Part shown: positions 47,701 to 59,700 of the stretch, one piece after another
Layout: the number at the start of each line of letters is the position of its first letter
Numbering within the stretch: the stretch's first letter is position 1
Assembly: GCA_032718475.1 (NCBI GenBank)
Contig: JAUCBJ010006248.1
Span: 1 to 64,000 of the forward strand
DNA from: Nemertoderma westbladi
Taxonomy: Eukaryota > Animalia > Xenacoelomorpha
Direction: 5' to 3'
DNA: 64,000 bases
Notes under the pieces: model-generated
What the model was told of the DNA's origin: nothing
Database searches by the model: none
The model's input: only the letters and a program-made list of their open reading frames with translations
Position numbers and translations under genes: made by a program

Positions 47701-50700
47701 GATTATCACTGGGAACCTAAACTGTGAGTTTATGTCGACAGTCTTGATTCTCGATCTATGACAAATAAAACCCTTATGGATTAATGGGCTCCATTTTCTA
47801 AGGGGTTTATAGAGAACTGGTCATTGAGCCGATAATAGATAGAATTCTTTCGGGAAGGCACACATTTGATAATGCTTCAAATGTTTTAATTCCGCTTGAT
47901 CAATCTCATCCTCGGTCAGAGGTTGTTTCAATTTCTGAATTCGCTCACTATTAGTGCTCGTTTGTTCTCCTAAATGTTTCGAATGTTTTAAACAAAGGTA
48001 CGAAACGTATCGGCTTAACCACGCAGTTCTTTTACAAATTGTCAGCCAAGAGGCGGACGAATTTAGTAATTTGTCATAAATACTACATGGCTCTAATGCC
48101 AGCGATGGTTGCCCGCTAGCTAATGGAAGTTTCGAATCCAAACCCGCAGGCTTGGAGACTGAAGGCTCCATCTTTTCGGTCATTTTCTGTCCGTCACTTA
48201 CCAATTGTGACCCTTGTGTAGTCTGTAAGGGTAGTTTTATGTCATGACTTACCCTTCCGGACCTAGTAGTCACGTAAGTCTCTAGGTCTGACAGGTCTCC
48301 GGGCCGCTCCAATGACTCTTCAGGCCGCTCCAATGACTCTTCAGGCCGCTCCAATGACTCTAATTTGGCTTTCGACTTAGACTTGGAGACTTTCTCCACT
48401 TTGACTTCTGCATCCATTGGCATCGGATTAGTTACTATCCTCAGTCGCTCTGGCCAATGCTCCTGTGTCCTCGTTAGAAAATCAGGTCCATGCAACCAAA
48501 ACTACTGGGACTCCTCCTGACAGAATTCGGTCGGCATAGCACCTCTCGAAGTTATGTCGGCCGGGTTCAATACTCCCGGACAATGTCTCCATTGTTCCTT
48601 CGTCGAGAAGTCGACGATCTGAGCGTGTCTGTTGGCCACAAATGTCTTTAGTGCAATATTGTCAGCTGCAATATACACTAACAATAAGGATGCATCCGTC
48701 CAATAGAATAATGTCAATGTCGTGTCTAACTCCTCTATTATCTGCTTACTTACCTCAACTGAGACTACTGCCGCCTGCAACTCTGCACGAGGGACAGTCA
48801 TGTATTTGACCGGCATTGTCTTTGATCTAGAAGTCACAAAGGCCGTCTCAAACTTGTACTGACTTACCTCTCGGCGAAGGTAGGCTACCATACCAAAGCC
48901 GGTGTCACTTGCGTCACTGAACAAATCTCGATTTCGATGAAAGCTGTTACCAGCTCGTCGTCGGTAAGTTGTCTATTTACAGGCAATGTTTTAGCAATGG
49001 CCTGCTTTATGGAGCGAACCAAACGCTCCCAACTTCCTCCTCTCCAGGGACTTTCTGGAGTGTTAAATTTCCACTCCACTCTTTGCGGCAAAAGTGCTGC
49101 AGAGATTTCTCTATTCTGCGCCGCCCTATGAGCTGCGTTCAACTCGCTATTCCCCCCAACAAAGTTTGTACCCTTGTCGGAGTAGAACGCCTTTACTAGT
49201 CCTCTCCTGGTCATAAATCTCTTTAAGACCAGGAGCAGAGATTTGGTCGACATGTCTGCCACACGCTCTATATATATGGCTCTACTGGCCATACATATCA
49301 GCAGCAGGCCCCATCTCTTGTGGGTCAGCCGTCCACTCTTTGCCTCAATCGGACCAAAGCAGTCCACCCCCGTATTTGTAAAGGGTGGGTCATATGCCTG
49401 CACTCTCGCTTCCGGGAGTTCAGCCATCTCCTGATCCAATACTCTGGCGTTCACCCTCTTGCAAACCAGACAGGCGTCATACATTGTACCTACTGCCCTG
49501 CTTGGCTGCAATAGAATGAATCGCTGTCTCGCTGCCGACAAACAGTGTAACTTTCCCGCGTAATGCAACCTTGTATTTATATCCCATAGAATCGCTCTTT
49601 GCAATTCTATTGGGTGACTAGGGATTATCACTGGGAACCTAAACTGTGAGTTTATGTCGACAGTTTTGATTCTCGATCTATGACAAATCAAACACTTATG
49701 GATTAATGGGCTCCATTTTCTAAGGGGTTTATAGAGAACTGGTCGTTGAGCCGATAATAGATAGAATTCTTTCGGGAAGGCACACATTTGATAATGCTTC
49801 AAATGTTTTAATTCCGCTTGATCAATCTCATCCTCGGTCAGAGGTTGTTTCAATTTCTGAATTCGCTCACTATTAGTGCTCGTTTGTTCTCCTAAATGTT
49901 TCGAATGTTTTGAACAAAGGTACGAAATGTATTGGCTTAACCACGCAGTTCTTTTACAAATTGTCAGCCAAGAGGCGGACGAATTTAGTAATTTGTCATA
50001 AATAGTACATGGCTCTAATGCCAGCGACGGTTGCCCGCTAGCTAATGGAAGTTTCGAATCCATTGGAGACCGAAGGCTCCATCATTTTCTGTCCGTCAGT
50101 TACCAATTGTGACCCTTGTGTAGTCTGTAAGGGTAGTTTTATGTCATAACTTACCCTTCCGGACCTAGTAGTCACGTAAGTCTCTAGGTCTGACAGGTCT
50201 CCGGGCCGCTCCAATGACTCTTCAGGCCGCTCCAATGACTCTTCAGGCCGCTCCAATGACTCTAATTTGGCTTTCGACTTAGACTTGGAGACTTTCTCCA
50301 CTTTGACTTCTGCATCCATCGGCATCGGATTAGTTACTATCTTCAGTCGCTCTGGCCAATGCTCCAGTGTCCTCGTTAGAAAATCAGGTCCATGCAACCA
50401 AAACTCCTGGGACTCCTCCTGACAGAATTCGGTCGGCATAGCACCTCTCGAAGTTATGTCGGCCGGGTTCAATACTCCCGGACAATGTCTCCATTGTTCC
50501 TTCGTCGAGAAGTCGACGATCTGAGCGCGTCTGTTGGCCACAAATGTCTTTAGTGCAATATTGTCAGCTGCAATATACACTAACACTAAGGATGCATCCG
50601 TCCAATAGAATAATGTCAATGTCGTGTCTAACTCCTCTATTATCTGCTTACTTACCTCAGCTGAGACTACTGCCGCCTGCAACTCTGCACGAGGGACAGT

Positions 50701-53700
50701 CATGTATTTGACCGGCATTGTCTTTGATCTAGAAGTCACAAAGGCCGTCTCAAACTTGTTCTGACTTACCTCTCGGCGAAGGTAGGCTACCATACCAAAG
50801 CCGGTGTCACTTGCGTCACTGAACAAATGCAGTTCTAAATCAGCTGGTAATACCAGCTGATTCGGAAAGTAGGAGCGGGGTACATCTATATTTTTCAATA
50901 GATGTAACTCGGCTTCCCACTCTCTCCACTGCTTTGCATGTATAGGGGATATTGGCTCGTCCCACTGTAGGTCGGACAACCAAATTTTCCTCATACATAC
51001 TCGTGCCTGTAATATTACCGGGCTGATAAAAGTTCATCGGGTCGAATAGTCTACTCATTGTGGATAAGCAGATTCTCTTAGTCAAAACTTTGTCTGGACT
51101 ACTGGGCTCAAACCTAACTCTCACCTGGAACTTATCCGTGTTCGGATTCCAAGCGAGTCCCAGTACTTGCGCCATGGGGATGGGTTCTACACCCAATTCT
51201 ATGTCTCCGCTCCCGCGATCTTTCACCGGGAACGACTCTAATAGGGCCTCTGAGTTGGTGGTGAACTTGGTCAATGGGAAACCTCCTGTAGCTAAGCACT
51301 CCTGTAGGCCGTGAGCCACTTCTATGGCTTGTTCCGCTGTGTCCTTGGACACCAATCCATCGTCCATATAGAAGTTTCTCAGGATGGACTCAGTAACGTC
51401 TACCGGATACTTACCAATCTGGGCCATTGCCGTTTTCTTTAGAACAAACAGCGTGCCGTTGGGACTATCGTGGGCACCGAATATTCTGACATACATCTGG
51501 TATGTAACCACTGGGCCGGATAGGTCATCATTCTCGAACCAGAGAAATCTGAGACTATCCTGGTCCGCCTTGCAGGCTCTTACCTGGTGAAACATCGCCT
51601 CCATGTCGCATGTAAACGCGAATCATCGCTGTCTAAAGCGTAACAGTATCCCTATCAAGTAGTTATTTAAGTTGGGACCATCCATCAACTCTGAGTTCAG
51701 GGACATACATCTATAGACTGCTGCGCAGCCATTGACTACTCGGACTTTGTCTGGTTTGTCAGGGTGAGTCACATAGTGGTGTGGGAGGTAATAAGTCTGG
51801 TCCATCACTAAGACGGGGTCCTCTACATTCCCAGCAAATCCTTTGGCAAAATAGTTGTTTATCTGGGCGCAATACTTCTCCCTAACCTCTGGATTCTTCA
51901 GCAACTGAGCCCTTATTCCGTTCAATCTTTTCAAGGCTAAGTTATAGTTGTTCTCCAACTTAAGAGGTTGTCGACGCCACAACATTCCAACTTCAAAATG
52001 TCCTGTCGGTAGCAGACTTATGGTGTCTTCCATCATCTCCAGTGACCGTTTCTCATCAGTGGACATGGTTAGGTCATACCCACCGGGTTCCATTGCGTCC
52101 CTATCCAGCCATTTGATGGTTCTAGCTCCTGTTTCGAGGTCCTGGCGTATCAATTCCTTCTGCAACTCCTCCTCACTGTATTGGAAAATGTCGAGGTCTC
52201 GATATTTAGCCACTTGACCCTCCACTATGTCAGTATAAGTCAAAACGTTACTCAAATAGGTGACGTGGGCCGCTAAACCAGACCCACAGGTCTGATAACA
52301 GTAGTCCTCGGGTTCACTATCTGTCCGGTCGTTGTAGAGTGGTTCCGACAATCTAACATTATTGGGAATTAACTCCTTGTCCGACTCGCTAACGTCACTA
52401 TAGTGGTCAATACAGGTTCTCCTAAACTCGTCTGTCTGGTGGTTCTACTAACGCTGGTTGAGTTATTCTTTGGCTTGTCGCCACCTGAAATCTCATAAGA
52501 CATGGGTACTCGTGTATACCAACCTAATATAGTCCTATAGGCATGTGGTCCATTTACATGAGGCTCAGCTGGTCTCGTTTCCCATATTTGGTGCGCGATC
52601 AGCTGTTCTGCTCCAATTAACATAGATACATTCCTATAACCTACCTGGTGTCTCGGTATTCTGAGCTTGTCAAAATATTCCTGTGCTATGGGACTCATTG
52701 GTGGCACCTTACCTAACTGCCTGCCGAACCCTTTCATAGCTAGACACTTAGATCCGTCTAATGGCAACGCTCTCCGTTCTTGGCAAGTGTGCTGGTCTCT
52801 CGGGAGTAGGGAGTCTAGTTCTACCGAAATCTTGTGTCCCTTGAGGTCCCCTACCCCGTGCATGGACTTTAACTCTATTTGGATTTCCTCGGCGTCCTGG
52901 AAGCTGGAAACGGCTCTCGCCACTTCCTCTTCTATATACGATAATGTGGACGCAGTATCCAACATCACATATATTCTCTTCAATACCTTGTCTCCGGTAA
53001 GTTTCACCGGAATCACGCTGAATATTTCCGACGTGGCCGATGATAAATACGTCCGTGCGCTGGTTGATGAACTATCCGCGGTGAACCCTTGGCAGGTCAC
53101 CTCTCTCGCGCTCGCCTCGCCATCCTCGTCCGACGAACCTGGTTCATACCCATCATCCTGGATGCCGGTGTACGTATTTCTCCTTATCGTTACAGGATCT
53201 CTGCTCCCCTTCCTTTGAGGATTTCTCTGTAGGCAACGGTACGTTGGTGTATGGAAATCCGCATCTAACAACTTGTGATGTTGTCTGCCGCATTCCATGC
53301 ATCCGTCCTTGCTGTTCGGGCACTGGCGCCGTACATGACCTGGCGCATGACATGTCCAACAGGTGTCCAACGTCCGCACTTGAACTCTTCTCTGTTCCGA
53401 AGTTAATTCTTTGAACCGTCTGCAACTGTCTAACTTATGGTCATCAGATCTTACCTCTTTTAGTAAGCAGAACTGGCAACCTACAAATCCATCCGGCAAC
53501 TCCTGTTGCTTTACCTTAGGTCTATCTGTCCGCTCACCTGACCATACTCGCGAGTCTGATCTAAAGGCAGGGGTACTCGAATTGTATCTGTATACTGAGT
53601 TAAAAGTCACAGGGGTTCTGTCATCGTCAAAACTTACCATTGACTTACCGGTAACAGGTTTAGACTCCCTCATATTCTCCTCTGAGAAGTTTGATTTCAT

Positions 53701-56700
53701 CTCTGCTACCGCATCTGTGGTTGGTTATCATGTCATGGATGTGTTGAAGTGTCAACACTTTCCCTTGACTCTCTAACTTATTCTCTAATTTGCGCCATTT
53801 CTGTCGGTAACGCAGGTTTAAACGTCTTATTATGCTCTTTAAAACTTCGGCGTGATCACCATGATAAGGTAGATTTACTGTCCTCAAGATGTCTAATGCG
53901 TTCAACAGCTCTAACGGAGTTGTAATCCTTCCGCCCTTACCCAAGTCTTCTACTATCGACTGTGCCATCTTGGTTTTATTCCCATAGATGTCGCTAAGTG
54001 TCTTCATAGCTAATTCAAATGCTCTTTCATTGCCGACGAAGTTATCAGCAATGACTCTAGGTTCTCGATGGAGCATCTGTAGTAGATAGTTGAACTTTTC
54101 GTTGGGAGTAAAGGTGCTGTTAGTCAGCTGTTCGTCGATATAGGTTTTGAACATCCTCCAATGTTTATGGTTGCCCATAAACTTCTGGGGTTGTTGCGTC
54201 GGCAGTCCTTGCCTAGCGGCAAACTTACCTATGTCTCTAAGGGTTGCGTCGTTCTGGGTTAATAAATTATTTACTTCTGCAGGGTTATTAAGTCTGGTCT
54301 TTTTCCGGGGATTTAAACTTACCTGCTCCGCGTCGGTCCTTCTTTCCTTCCGCTTCATTTCTTCCTCTTCATCGCTTGAGTCTGTGTCAGTCCTCAGCGC
54401 TCGCGTTGGTTTATGTGCCGAAGCCCTGTCCCAGGCCTCTTGTATAAATCTTTCCGCCGAATTTTCGAAGTTGGGATTATGGATCGTAGGGACAGGCGTT
54501 CTTACCTGAGGTCTATGTGGTATAGTTGCCTCCGATATGCATACTCGTTGACTAGGTTGGACTTTATCTAATTTAGGCCTGCTAGGATTAGAATTACTTC
54601 TTACCTGGCCTGCTTACTTTAACTGTAGGTTACTAAGCATGTCCGTTATAGGTTGGATGTGCGGTGTTATAGCTTGCGCTAAACTAGCACTTAACTCATC
54701 CCTCGTAATAAATTCCTGGCTAGGGTTCTGCTGTATTGTCGGCTCTATCTGAGTAATCCGCTGTCTCTCATATGATCCCTCTTCCGGATTAACCCGGAAG
54801 TTCTCCGTCGAACTGGGTCGGCGATCCGTCCGCGTATTCCAAACCCGCGGGTTCGGTTCGCCCAATACTCGGCCTCTCGGAGTTTCTTCTCTAAACTCCC
54901 CATTGTCTCGATAATCTCTGTGTCGCGGTGCGCCGTCCTGATGGTGCGGATCCTGCACGATGGGTGAAGCACTAATACCAACCGGCGTGCGATATGTAGA
55001 GAACGGTTTAGCGATCCGTGTACTCATAATAGCTGGACCAGGTATAAGAATTCTGGTCATCGTGGACTCGCGTATAGTCGGAGTCCTCACCTCCTGTTCG
55101 GCTTTCTGCTGTGCGAACAGTTCTCGCAACTCAGTACCTACACTCGCCCCACATTCTTCGATCATTCGCACCCCCTTCTCTGCGATTTCATTCGCCTTCC
55201 TGGTCCGTTCTTCACTCTCTAGCTTTAGTCTTGCACTTTCCAATTGCGCCAGTTTGCGTTGTTCTTCTTCCCTCGCAAGTCTCGCTGCGCTCTCTTCTTC
55301 CAGTCGCGCCTTCTCTTCGTATAATGCGCATCGCTCTTTCTCGATCTCGAGTTCGCGTTCTTTGCGCTCGCGTTCAAGTTGGAGTTCGCGTTCAAGTTAG
55401 AGTTCGCGTTCTTTCTGTTCATGTTTGGCTTGAAGTTCGCGTTCCTTGCGCTCGCGTTCGGCTTGCTCATGCTTACTTATGTCCTCCAACTCGCGCAGCT
55501 TTGCGTCTAACTTACGTGTGCGCTCCCATTCCCGTTCGGCTTCCTTCCGTGCCTCCGATGAACGCAAGACCTCTGCCTGTTGTTCGTCTAGTCGGCGTCT
55601 TCTCTCCTCCACCGAGTTGTGAGAAACAAGGGATCTAGCGCATATAACCTTCCCTCGCGCGTGACTAACCTGAGAATCGCCACTGTCTCTAGATGCGTCG
55701 TCGGGTGGTGTTAACGTCCTCTGTTGGATGTTCTCTGTCGTCGGTAGCACCTGACCCGGTACCACCACTCCATTCTGCATCAGCCAGCTGGTGACTTCCC
55801 TCTGATACTTTCGCTCTTCCTTGTCTTGGGTCTCTTCCCGCTCCACTAAGTTCCTCGACTCTGCGTCACTCACCTGAGTCGCCTGCTCTTGTGATGCCCA
55901 TAGCAACCAGTTCTCTGTCCTAACTCGTTGGAATCGCTCCGATAACGTGCGGTGTTCTAACAAAGCTGCTAAAGCCCTGTCGTAAATCCTCGTCGCCACA
56001 TCGCTCGACTGAGACTCCATTGCTCTCTTCGCTAGGACTGCAAGCTCCTCCATCTGCTTGAATAACGCTGAGTTGTATCCCTTTCTAATCTCTACTAACC
56101 CTTCCCTTCCGATGTTACCAGAGTAACATCTTCCTTACCTTGTCCGTCGTCCGGGTTATATGTCCGGCATGCGCGCGAAGTTTCTTTTTTATCGCTATGT
56201 CCAGTTGCTGTTCGCTTACCTGACTCACACTCAGTGGACTTGAGGGATTATTTCGGGAACTACGGGTACTCCTTACAGCCGCTGGGGCCACGGCACTTGC
56301 CATACCCACAGGTCTGGAAACCGGGCTCCGGGCTCTCGATTCTGCTACACTACTCTCCCTATCACTCACTTCTGGCTGGGCTGCTATGCAATCCTTCCTT
56401 ACAGTAGTGGTAGGGGATCCTAATACTATTACTACCTCATCTGGCTCATCCTCACTGGTTACTGTCTCGTCCTCCTGTTCACTTACGTCAGCGTCAATCG
56501 CTGCGTCATCATAGTCGGCATTGTCGTCAACAGTTATATTGACGCTATCGTCAGTCGGCGGTCCAGCCGCCGTCTCATAGCTGTCCTCTAGTGCCTCCTT
56601 CTCTGAGACACTCATAGTCTAAGTATATAATTTGCCTTCCGGCCAAAATCTCGCAAAATTCGAGATTTATTAATTTAATCGAAAATACGATTAAATTATT

Positions 56701-59700
56701 CGTCAAATAATTAGTTGGTCTTAAATGTCGAAATAAATTCGCAACATAATATTGTGAATTTAATAGGATATAGTTATAGCAAATACCGGTATAATATTTA
56801 AACAAAAATATTATTCTTTAGCTATTATATAGCATTTAAATACCGGTATGACACAAAATAGTTTCTGAATCTAATTCAAAATATTCAAAAATGAATTAGT
56901 CACCCAAATATTTCTAATTTTATATATATAGCTCTAATCGACGTAATTTTAATTTCAAATATTATATGTATCCACTAGCGTGTGGCTACACCTTCGGGTT
57001 GCGACACTCTCTCTCTCTCTCTAAATTAAGCGATTCAAAAAACCATGGCCGGCTAAACCTAATTATCCTAACTAATAAATTGAGTTCAGTTTCGCAGTTA
57101 AACAATCGGTAATTTTTTACTGCTTCCACAAATACAATGGTACCAACAGAACAACTAACCTTGTTTGCTGTGAGATTCCACGTCCGCGTCAAAAGTTTCA
57201 GGCTCTTCGCTGATTGCAAACCGAACCCGCAGGCCCACACAAACCCCAAACTCAGAAGCTCCGTCTCGCCATGTATCTCCAGATGGTATAAAGCAACTAA
57301 GCGGTTATCTAACATACCGGTACAAAAACTCTAGATTTTATTATAAAACAATTTTGACCGAAACTGAGTTCTCACAAACCTAGCTAAAAATTTCAAAACT
57401 TACTAATTTACAGTCTGCCCTAACGGCCTAATGAACTGCTGTATTTGCAATTAGTAAACGCACTACTGTATATCTCACTGTACGCAGTACAGCAAGTAAA
57501 ACAGTACACTAACCTAACAGCCTAAGTGAACACTGTATGCCTTACTGTACATAGTACAGCAAAACAAAATAAAACGTGTTTTACTGTTACGAAGTAACAG
57601 TAAATAAAAACAGTACACTAACCTAACAGCCTAATGTACTACTGTATTGCGATTAGTGAACACTCTTTACTGTTGCAAGCAACAGCAAATATCACGTGTT
57701 TTACTGTTAAACAAGCAAATACCTGGTTCTTACTGTTAAACAGGGGCGATCAGGAGCACGTTATTACTGCCGCACTGCTGCTAAACACAAAACTGCTTCT
57801 CACTGCTGGATGGCGCTAACCTGGCCATCCGCTAATATATTTTACTAATTTTATATGGCTCCTGCAAATCGCTTGTTCCTTTCTCTGTTGATTGCTCAAC
57901 AGAGAGCTAACTGTTCGAATCTATGAGCCACGCAGGAATAACCAAAACAATAAACCCGAATCGACTCCCTAAGCTACTTAAAACGAGTGCGGGTGGCCTA
58001 GCACTCGGAATTCACTTATCGCAAAATACTGGAATTCACTGGCAGAATCGTTGAATGTGAGAATGTTTTAATAATCTACGGGGACAGATCTATTACTTTC
58101 TTAGGTGCCGAAACTTGGCCTTTGGCTGGTTTTTGACCAGCAAACTTACTACTGCTGTACTGTATACTGGACACTGCTGTCAACCTGTTGCCCCGCTATT
58201 TTCAAATAACCGCCTAGCGTGAATAGTCTACAGTACTCCAAATAATTACTTTAACTACTCTCCGCTATGCTGCGTACAAATTCTTAATTTTACACTAATT
58301 AATTACAGTCATAAATACGAAACAGCGTACTAATTACTAAGTGTTCCAGAATATGCAATTCTAATTTATTACGTACCGGGTTACACTAGCAACAGCCTAA
58401 ATACTGTATTATTTTGACCTAATCAGCAATTATTTATCGTAAACTAAGAAATAGAAATCAATCAAAGGGAAAGGCGCCTATCTAAGCATTCACATTTAAG
58501 AATCAGGGACTCTTTAGCAACACAACACAAATAGTTCAAACTAAGTCAGTAGTACGGCAGATAGCGCTAACTACACCAATCAGGTAGTGCATTAAATACC
58601 CGTACGTTAGTACATCAGTATACCAGTATTAGTCATCCAATCAGTCAGTGTAAGAACCACAGGTCACCCAAAGCCACACATAGGACTCCTATCTAAACCC
58701 AAATTCTGCCCCCCTAAAACTACAAAGTAGGGATGGAAATCTGGATCATCAGCCCCCTAATTCTGTAACAGTGGCTGGTCCCCGGTCCTCAACTGACTAG
58801 CCCCGACCGCAACGGTGGCCCCCCGCCAGCGTTGCCCCGCTTTGGATCCTCTGCACTCCCCTCCGTCGCTTCCCCCCAGTGCGCGCCCGCCGCACCTACC
58901 GGTACCTTAGCCCTCCATTAGAATGAATAGCTACCGTAGCGGCGCATGCAATCACAAACAGTCTGACAGTCTAAAGAAATCCCGTGGGATTATCGCATCT
59001 TAAATCATATAGAACCATTAATCAAAAGGGTAGAAATCATAGTTCAAATTGTAATTTGCAGTAACCATCAAGATTGATTGAGAAATACAGTAAATAATAA
59101 AGCAGAAATTACAAAATTGCGAATTATTGCAAGAAACAAACATATAGGGTCAGAAACTGAGAATACAGATTGAGAGATGCACATACCGGAAATACAGCCA
59201 ATTTATAGGTGATTCATAAAGGATGATGCAATAATCCTCTGATTGGTTCCCCAATCCGCGCTACCATTAGACCAACCTGGAAGCAGCTAGACCAATAAGG
59301 AAGCCGGATTGTGAACCTATTCCCCTTCAGAATCACAAATTACCCCCATATATGGTAACATTGGCGTTACTAATTTAGCGCAAATATAATGGAAATTAAA
59401 GCAAATATACAGTTAGTCCTATTGATGCCAATAACAGCAAGCTTACATCAAGGGTTTTATAGGAAACTTGCTACAGTAGAACTATTTATTTATATTTCAT
59501 TACAAAATTACGTAGGTAGGGCTACATACTGTACAAAAATGGATAAGATTCACGAATATGGATATTTTATTATCCTTATCTAAATATGGTTGTGCGTCAT
59601 TATAGCTTATCTAAATAATTATACTGTATAACGGGCTAATAATGGTACACAGCGCCATATATCGTAACAGTATGGGTTCAACATGGATTCTTGGATTGGA

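Larger units (their letters stand above)
31903..59669 (-). mobile_element. BEL/Pao LTR retrotransposon 'BEL-1', 27.8 kb including nested inserts
   Basis: 5-bp TSD GTATG at 31898-31902 and 59670-59674; TG...CA termini; 5' LTR 57734-59669; 3' LTR split into 31903-32460 and 41187-41583; BEL-type gag-pol. Confidence 0.93.
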
